Source: a virus. From it: DNA of 64,000 bases. The stretch lies in the IMG/VR virus record IMGVR_UViG_3300050132_000112, positions 1 to 64,000 of that record; one strand, given 5' to 3'. Of the stretch, positions 57,889 to 64,000 are shown piece by piece. The position numbers were made by a program, and so were the translations under genes. The notes under the pieces are model-generated. The model ran no database searches. It was not told the origin of the DNA and saw only the letters and a program-made list of their open reading frames with translations. Every line of letters begins with the position of its first letter. The first letter of the stretch is position 1.

Positions 57889-58249
57889 AAGGATTACACT
57901 TACAATCATAGCCTTGGCTTTATATGTCGGATTATTCAATCTGTACCTATATCGGTTACTCACGAATGAGTTATCGCATAGGCGCATCAGTTTAATGTAC
58001 GACTATATAACTTTGGGCATGATTATATTTTCCTTTTTAGACTTAAAACTTGGGGTTTATAAAGGACTTCACGAACAGTTTAACCTACTTTGTTTTTTAT
58101 CAGTTATTTTTAACTTTGTTATAATTATACTAACACAACACACAATATTAACCAATCCATTACCAACTTTCGTTTCGTTTAATGGTGGCATATTTATAGC
58201 TACAATAATGATAGGCATAAGTTATATAAGACATGGATTCAAAGATTAA
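57881..58249 (+). CDS. four-TM membrane protein
   Basis: Four hydrophobic segments; GTG start overlapping the peptide stop. Confidence 0.7.
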   Translation: MNKRITLTIIALALYVGLFNLYLYRLLTNELSHRRISLMYDYITLGMIIFSFLDLKLGVYKGLHEQFNLLCFLSVIFNFVIIILTQHTILTNPLPTFVSFNGGIFIATIMIGISYIRHGFKD

Positions 58250-58493
58250 AAATATGGCGATACAACCTCAGGCACCAAACCAATGGTTTCAATTTGTTGA
58301 AGATTTATTGCCTTGGGCTACGATATTCGGGTTGTGTTTTAAGGCCATAGACTTGGTGTTTAAATACTATTCTAATGCGCAGGATGCAAGGTTAAGGCAA
58401 TTGGTTAAGGATGAAGTATCGCCACAGATTGAAAGCCTTACACACGCTATTGATGCGCTTAGAGAGGAAATAGGCAGACTTAAAGTAAAATAA
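58233..58493 (+). CDS. holin/antiholin-like protein (1 TM + coiled coil)
   Basis: Directly upstream of endolysin. Confidence 0.5.
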   Translation: MDSKIKNMAIQPQAPNQWFQFVEDLLPWATIFGLCFKAIDLVFKYYSNAQDARLRQLVKDEVSPQIESLTHAIDALREEIGRLKVK

Positions 58494-58495
58494 AT

Positions 58496-59065
58496 ATGAT
58501 AGCAAACGATATAGTCAATCTTGCCAATCAATACGCTGCGGCAGGAATAACCGAAATTCAGCCCAACAATGGATGGCAACCAAATGCTAAGTTTCCGACC
58601 TATGAGCAAGATATGGTTAATCTTACAGGATGGTATCATGGTGCTGAATGGTGTAGCGCACAGGCTATCTTAACATGGAAAAAGGCTTATGCGGGGAATG
58701 CAATCATGTTAGGCATTATTAACCGCCTTGTATCACTTAATTCACAAGCCATGGGCAATCAGTTCCATGCCGATAAATACTGGCCTACATCGTCTAATGT
58801 GCCTCAATTAGGCACTATTGTAATTTGGGCGTTAGGTGATAGTTTAACTACGGGTCATGCAGGTATTGTAACAGCGATTAATGGTAGCACATTTACATCG
58901 GTTGAGGGTAATACTAGCTTGCCCAATGCAGGCAACGAAAGGGAGGGTTGGACAGTTGCATCCCATATTCATACAATAGGGTTGCCTCATTCAACTTTTA
59001 ACCTTAATTTGTCACGATTTATTTATCCTTTAGAAAGTTATAACCCATTAGTAATTTCAGAATGA
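58496..59065 (+). CDS. CHAP-domain endolysin
   Basis: WCSAQ, GHAGIV, SVEGNT. Confidence 0.85.
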   Translation: MIANDIVNLANQYAAAGITEIQPNNGWQPNAKFPTYEQDMVNLTGWYHGAEWCSAQAILTWKKAYAGNAIMLGIINRLVSLNSQAMGNQFHADKYWPTSSNVPQLGTIVIWALGDSLTTGHAGIVTAINGSTFTSVEGNTSLPNAGNEREGWTVASHIHTIGLPHSTFNLNLSRFIYPLESYNPLVISE

Positions 59066-59688
59066 TAGGAATTTACAAAATTACCTCTCCAAGCGGTAAA
59101 ATATATATTGGCTCAAGCATCGATATAAAATATCGTATCAAATATTACAAAAACCTATGTTGCCAAGGACAGGTTAAACTGTATAATTCATTGAAAAAAT
59201 ATGGATGGCATAAGCATAAATTTGAAATTGTAACTGAGTGTTCTGTTGAAGAATTATATCTACTTGAAAGAACGTATGGTGAAATGTTTGATGTTCTCAG
59301 TAAAAACGGACTTAATTTAATATTACCAAAGGTTGGTGAAAACAAAGTCGGTGTTTCAGAAGAAACAAGAGAAAGAATGCGTAATAGAAAAGGCGGTTAT
59401 GCATCTCGACCTCACACCGAATCTGCAAAAGAAAAAATAAGACAATTTCAAACAGGCAGAAAGCATACTGCCGAACACAGAAGAAAGGTTTCTGAAAACA
59501 ACGCCCGAAATAATGCCAAGATTGTTGTGGATATGGAAAATGGTATTTTTTATGATTCAATAAAAGAAGCGGCTTGGGCAAGAAACGAAAACCATAGTAG
59601 TCTTAAAAATAGAGTAAACGGCTATTCACCAACATATACACCTATAAAGATTTGTGGATGGTTGAATGAAAAAAGAAATGTAGCATAA
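59062..59688 (+). CDS. GIY-YIG homing endonuclease with NUMOD3
   Basis: MIGIYKITSPSGKIYIGSS; HTAEHRRKVS. Confidence 0.9.
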   Translation: MIGIYKITSPSGKIYIGSSIDIKYRIKYYKNLCCQGQVKLYNSLKKYGWHKHKFEIVTECSVEELYLLERTYGEMFDVLSKNGLNLILPKVGENKVGVSEETRERMRNRKGGYASRPHTESAKEKIRQFQTGRKHTAEHRRKVSENNARNNAKIVVDMENGIFYDSIKEAAWARNENHSSLKNRVNGYSPTYTPIKICGWLNEKRNVA

Positions 59689-59939
59689 TGGGTATCAAGA
59701 ATGAACAAGGTATCGTAATACCTATCTCACATATCACCAAAGGTTACTTAGTATTCTCTCAAGCGTTTAGTGATTACGGTATTGAAGCTAACCATCCCTA
59801 TAAGATAGGCTTTGAGCCCGACGGGGGATTAGGTGCTTACTTTTTTGCGGATGGTTGTATTAACCTTTGGCGAAATGAATTGAGAGAAGATGTATGTGCT
59901 ACGGCTACACTATATGAAAATAAACCTACTTTAAATTAA
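59688..59939 (+). CDS. hypothetical protein
   Basis: ORF track, coupled. Confidence 0.5.
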   Translation: MGIKNEQGIVIPISHITKGYLVFSQAFSDYGIEANHPYKIGFEPDGGLGAYFFADGCINLWRNELREDVCATATLYENKPTLN

Positions 59940-59944
59940 ACGAT

Positions 59945-60244
59945 ATGAACTCACAATCACCACTATTCTCACTTAACTACAAAGATTTAATCAAGGGGCT
60001 TGTTATGGCGGCTCTTACAGGCATTTTTAACATTGTAATGGCAGATATCAACCAAAATATATTTGCGTTCAATGGTGCTGCTCTTTATCACGGTGCTATC
60101 GTTGGGTTAGTAGCCTATTTAGCCAAGAATTTCTTTACTCCTGCCGTCGCTACTCAAACTACAACGACTACTCCCGATGGAACAGTTACCGAAAAGGTTA
60201 TCAGTACCGATAGTCTGAATGTTAAGGTAGACGCTATCAAATGA
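59945..60244 (+). CDS. putative holin
   Basis: LNYKDLIKGLVMAAL..LVAYLAKNFFT, two TM segments. Confidence 0.65.
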   Translation: MNSQSPLFSLNYKDLIKGLVMAALTGIFNIVMADINQNIFAFNGAALYHGAIVGLVAYLAKNFFTPAVATQTTTTTPDGTVTEKVISTDSLNVKVDAIK

Positions 60245-60276
60245 AAAAAGCCCGATGTTTAGTCGGGCTAAAAAAA
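60244..60276. terminator. terminator hairpin at the convergence of the two arms
   Basis: AAAAAAGCCCGA-TGTTTAG-TCGGGCT; U-tail on minus strand. Confidence 0.7.
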
Positions 60277-60396
60277 TCCTTTAATCCTGTTATTCTATTT
60301 ACAGCCGTTTTGTTGCGGCAGGGATTTATTTCAATTATTTACTTCTTCCCATTTAGTCCATACTTTCACTAATAAGGGTTTTAGCCATGATGGCAG

Positions 60397-60972
60397 TCAA
60401 GAAATAGCAGGACTGTCGCCTACAGGTACATTAGTTAAATCCTGAACAACTTCATTGGCGGCATTTATATCGTTCGCAACCGCACTATTTGGAGCGACAG
60501 CACTTGCAACCTGACTAACCGCAGCACGTATGCTATCTAATAATGTTGGCTTATAAACCAAAGGAACTGCGACAATAGCTTGTTGGAGTGTAGAATTGCC
60601 ACCGTTAGCATTACTGGCGGCATCCCCTATAACAGTTGCAAGATTACTTAACGCCAAAATCCTACTATTACCTGTTAGGTTTCCAATGGCGTTTAAGCCA
60701 TCTGCCGTAATCTGTGCGGGTGTTTTAGTTACCTCGGCAGCTACCAGTCCAAAATCGGTCAGGAATGTATTAATTGCCCCAATAACTGCTGTTCCAGTTC
60801 CCGGCAATAGGGCTTCGATAATTGCCTCGACTGTTGTTCCCGTTGCAGAACCTAAAAAACTCTTGAGTACATTTACTACTGTTGTGGCAGATGTAAAGGC
60901 ATTTTCTACTACAGGTAATTCTTTCTTGAAGAATCCGCTTATAGCATTTCCAATGGTGGTGAAGATTGACAT
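60397..60972 (-). CDS. Ala/Thr-rich amphipathic protein
   Basis: ORF track. Confidence 0.6.
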   Translation of the reverse strand: MSIFTTIGNAISGFFKKELPVVENAFTSATTVVNVLKSFLGSATGTTVEAIIEALLPGTGTAVIGAINTFLTDFGLVAAEVTKTPAQITADGLNAIGNLTGNSRILALSNLATVIGDAASNANGGNSTLQQAIVAVPLVYKPTLLDSIRAAVSQVASAVAPNSAVANDINAANEVVQDLTNVPVGDSPAIS

Positions 60973-61168
60973 TTTGATTTTTGTTTAATGTATATGAATG
61001 AAATTGTTAATTACTTGATTGAATAACAGGCTTTACTCGCCGCATATAGATAAGCACCTGTCGTGGGCTATGTTTTAATTACTTATTTGTCGAGGTGGAA
61101 AAGGATGAGTAGCATTATAGTCATAAAACTAACATAGAATATCCACCAACTGTTTTTATATAGCCACA

Positions 61169-61468
61169 TTATTGAACTATTGCTTGTTTTGCTAAATTAC
61201 TGTATAAAGCACTACTATCTAAAAACCTTATCTGTGCTTCCTGAAACTCTTTACGGTCGGCTTCGGGTTGGTTAATGTAAGAAACGCTTTTATCGAGGGC
61301 ATCAGCGCATTTTAAGAACGTCTTACTGATTGTTTCGAGGCTGTCTGTTTCGCTGATATGCTGTTTAACCGTAACTGTGTGCGTCGGTTTTATAAAAATA
61401 CCTATCAATCCTATAATCACACAAATGCTAAAGGATATAATATATAAAGGCTTTTCTAACTTTCCCAT
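61169..61468 (-). CDS. membrane-anchored protein
   Basis: N-terminal TM. Confidence 0.6.
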   Translation of the reverse strand: MGKLEKPLYIISFSICVIIGLIGIFIKPTHTVTVKQHISETDSLETISKTFLKCADALDKSVSYINQPEADRKEFQEAQIRFLDSSALYSNLAKQAIVQ

Positions 61469-61472
61469 GGCG

Positions 61473-61751
61473 TTACTTCTTTACAGTCGATTTAACGACC
61501 TTTTTAGTAGTGTCGGCAACCAATGCAGGGTAAAGCGATTTAATGACGTTCTGAGCCGCCGTAATGTCTGTACCTGTCGCTTGTGAGGTAGGTAGGTTGC
61601 TATAAGCAAAGCCTAATACCTGTTGTAGCTGTACCAACTGATTTTTTTGTAGTTTTACGTACACCGTATCGCTTTTAGTTTGAGCGTTGGCGTTTAGTAA
61701 GCCCATGGTTAATAACCATGCGATAATGTAAAAAATTGTTTTTTGTTTCAT
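61473..61751 (-). CDS. secreted protein
   Basis: Signal peptide ending ANA|Q. Confidence 0.7.
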   Translation of the reverse strand: MKQKTIFYIIAWLLTMGLLNANAQTKSDTVYVKLQKNQLVQLQQVLGFAYSNLPTSQATGTDITAAQNVIKSLYPALVADTTKKVVKSTVKK

Positions 61752-61762
61752 GATTTTATAGT

Positions 61763-62209
61763 TTAACGTTTGATTGAATAAATTACTTTGTTGGTTACTT
61801 TAGTTTTCTTATCGGCATATAAGAATGTTCCCGATAGCGATTTGCTTTCTTCGTATTCGTTTTTATACCAATCTTGTTGGATAAGATATCCAATACTACC
61901 GCTGCTGTCTGACGTAAACACACCCATTGTTGATTTAACGTAAGTCTGCCAAACTACAAAACCCTTATTCCATTTTTCATAGATAGTTGACCCATCTGAA
62001 AATGTAGTTACAATAGCATACATACTGCCATCTTGATTAGGCTTGCCTATTCCTAACTCCTTGAAAAAAACAGGAATAGTATCGGGTGTAAAATCAACCC
62101 TTTCTTTAACTGTTTTTACCGTATCGTAAAATACGTGTTGTTCAGGTGTTTGTGCTTTTACGGCAAGTGTTGTGGCAATTACCGCCAGTAGAATAATTGT
62201 TCTTTTCAT
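61763..62209 (-). CDS. secreted protein
   Basis: Signal peptide ending VKA|Q. Confidence 0.7.
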   Translation of the reverse strand: MKRTIILLAVIATTLAVKAQTPEQHVFYDTVKTVKERVDFTPDTIPVFFKELGIGKPNQDGSMYAIVTTFSDGSTIYEKWNKGFVVWQTYVKSTMGVFTSDSSGSIGYLIQQDWYKNEYEESKSLSGTFLYADKKTKVTNKVIYSIKR

Positions 62210-62210
62210 G

Positions 62211-62429
62211 TTATTGTTGTTTAAGTGTTAAATTATCTTCGTCGTCGATTTCATGGCATTTAGGGCAGTAACATGCATCGTCACCAATATGCCAACCCGC
62301 ACTGCCCATGCTATCCATCATGTAATCTTGGTCTAAAAATGTTGTCCATCCCTCAAATGGGTGTTCAAAATCTATTTTGCATATATCGCATTCAGCCGAA
62401 TATACGTGTGTTGGTTCTGTATGTATCAT
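62211..62429 (-). CDS. small Zn-finger protein
   Basis: CDIC..GW..CPKC. Confidence 0.65.
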   Translation of the reverse strand: MIHTEPTHVYSAECDICKIDFEHPFEGWTTFLDQDYMMDSMGSAGWHIGDDACYCPKCHEIDDEDNLTLKQQ

Positions 62430-62718
62430 ATTAATGTCGTTTGAAATAATCGTTTACATTTTTCTTTGTTTTGTAGTCGCACCATCGTAAGAAAGAATCG
62501 ATAAGTGCTAATACAATGATTACTACTGTTGAAGTTTCCATTTCTTATCATTTTAATTATTTATTTAAAGGTAGTCCTTTTTAGCCGTTTTAAGCCCTTA
62601 TTAAATACCGAATAGGAATTAGGGCATATCAACTCTTTCTTTGCCTGTACAACTATTAATGATAGCCGCATGGCTTGTTTAGCTAACTCGTGGTGTGGTA
62701 GTGGTTCGTTATCACTTC

Positions 62719-63108
62719 TCATACTATTTTAAATGTTTTTGATAATGGATGTTTTGTTCGCCCTACCAGATAATCCCGGAAGCTGCATTTATGAATACCG
62801 ACAGTTTTTGATGCCATGGATATACTGGTGTAGTAAATACCTGTTTCCAAATTAAGTACTATAAACGTATCTTGATGCGCCCTATGCTTGATAACGTGTC
62901 TTTTCTTACCCACTCTACCCTTTACTAATCTAAACACGGTAGCGGGGCTTATATTGAGTTTGGTGACAATATCCTTAACTGGGGTATTTTCCCAAAGGCG
63001 TAATATCTTTTTAGTTCGCCTATCGTCTAAAGAGGTTTCTAAAACATTATTTACTTCCTCGTATGAATAGGTAGGTTTTGGGCGTTGATAAAAGACTAAT
63101 CCTTTCAT
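62719..63108 (-). CDS. HTH + NUMOD1-like DNA-binding protein
   Basis: KDIVTKLNISPATVFRL; VLNLETGIYYTSISMAS. Confidence 0.6.
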   Translation of the reverse strand: MKGLVFYQRPKPTYSYEEVNNVLETSLDDRRTKKILRLWENTPVKDIVTKLNISPATVFRLVKGRVGKKRHVIKHRAHQDTFIVLNLETGIYYTSISMASKTVGIHKCSFRDYLVGRTKHPLSKTFKIV

Positions 63109-63253
63109 GGCTTATTAATTCTTACGGCGTTAGGAAACAATCTCTTTACTTTTGATACCGACTTGTCGCAACTACCAACTATGTGAATGTTAAACGAAGT
63201 AGCATTAGGGTTCTCAGAAATCATTTTCTTTATGTCAATTCCTATTCTATTTT

Positions 63254-63661
63254 TCATTTGTCTAATCGGTTAAGTGATAAGCCCAATTCCTTTGCCTTGG
63301 TTGGATGTAACTCAATCCAATGGTGACAGTTTTCGCAGCAAGCTAAAAACGTTGTACTATCAAGTAAATATTCGCCCCGACCTTTTTTATGGTGAATTTG
63401 GGTAGAATAATTGGTGCAACCGTCTAACTGTGCCTCACATATAGGATAATTCTTTAAATAAACTCCTCTAAGCGTTAGATAGGTTGCCATTAGCTTTTTA
63501 TGCTTGTCTGACATGGGCTTAACCCGGTATGGTTTATTAACCCTTTTGTCACTTTGTTTTAGAGTTGGCTCTAAAGCCCTCTTAATCTTATAGTGATGTA
63601 GGCACAAACCACCGCTAAAGATGGGAGTGTTACAACCTATAATTTTACAGATAGTTGGCAT
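63254..63661 (-). CDS. HNH-type nuclease
   Basis: CEAQLDGC..IHHKKGR..LACCENCHHWIE. Confidence 0.7.
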   Translation of the reverse strand: MPTICKIIGCNTPIFSGGLCLHHYKIKRALEPTLKQSDKRVNKPYRVKPMSDKHKKLMATYLTLRGVYLKNYPICEAQLDGCTNYSTQIHHKKGRGEYLLDSTTFLACCENCHHWIELHPTKAKELGLSLNRLDK

Positions 63662-63663
63662 GC

Positions 63664-63894
63664 TTACATGGATATAATTCTTGATTTAACCCACCCATAG
63701 TCTTCAAACGGCATTATGGGTAGCGGAATTTGTATTAAACTAAACTTATATTCCATTTCCACCCATCCTAACCAATAAAACTCGCCATCGGTATGTAAAA
63801 ACGGAAACCAAAGAAACGTTCTTTTTATCTTAGTATCGCCAAATTTTGGTTCGGTAACTTTAGGCTTATCGGGTTGTTTTTTCCATTGTATCAT
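63664..63894 (-). CDS. hypothetical protein
   Basis: FLWFP..YWL motif. Confidence 0.55.
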   Translation of the reverse strand: MIQWKKQPDKPKVTEPKFGDTKIKRTFLWFPFLHTDGEFYWLGWVEMEYKFSLIQIPLPIMPFEDYGWVKSRIISM

Positions 63895-64000
63895 TTCTTT
63901 TTTTCCTTATCATTTTCTTTAAACATTCCTCTTGGGATTAGAAATCCAGCCTCCATCAGCTTAGTTACTGGTTCATCAAATTCAGGAATTGACATCATAT

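Larger units (their letters stand above)
1..64000. mobile_element. Bacteroidota tailed phage genome (podovirus-type gene order), most of genome
   Basis: Terminase-portal-scaffold-capsid-tail ring-ejection-fibre-lysis order; dense small ORFs; no housekeeping operons; Bacteroidota TAnnTTTG promoters. Confidence 0.95.

Noticed and set aside
58496-59939. Group I intron around the GIY-YIG after the endolysin
   Set aside because: CHAP domain is complete and genes overlap directly, leaving no room for an intron core
12322-60988. Many antisense ORFs in the track (e.g. 12322-12966, 26526-26927, 33522-33932, 47808-48272, 60596-60988)
   Set aside because: Shadows of well-supported genes on the opposite strand
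1-64000. Stop-codon reassignment
   Set aside because: Long genes are intact under the standard code and TAA, TAG and TGA all end genes

Overview
The whole window is a tailed dsDNA bacteriophage infecting Bacteroidota. The host call rests on many TAnnTTTG sigma-70 -7 promoters and Q-rule signal peptides; a host-like DnaB suggests Sphingobacteriaceae (recall, unchecked). Two arms diverge from a ~1 kb non-coding region (9.5-10.5 kb) that holds a XerCD dif-like site and a likely packaging/terminus signal. The minus arm (1-9.5 kb, probably continuous with 60.4-64 kb through sequence outside the window) carries small early genes, HNH nucleases, a PAPS-reductase-family gene and a macrodomain/pentapeptide-repeat fusion. 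The plus arm (10.5-60.2 kb) carries replication genes (RepL-like, NinB-like, initiator, DnaB with a class 3 LAGLIDADG intein), a stand-alone TnpB, a podovirus-type morphogenesis module (GroES-like, terminase, portal, scaffold, capsid, tail rings, split tail stabilisation protein, ejection proteins, fibre) and a lysis module. No integrase, DNA/RNA polymerase, complete tRNA or CRISPR array was seen. Best leads: a duplicated, covarying 82-nt structured RNA in the early operon; two a-b-a'-b' switch-like leaders; the dif site; a possibly domesticated TnpB; a fibre with a Sec signal peptide; a Cys-peptide plus 4TM cassette coupled to the holin; and small ORFs nested in the giant ejection protein. 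Family calls come from motif recognition by eye, not database searches.
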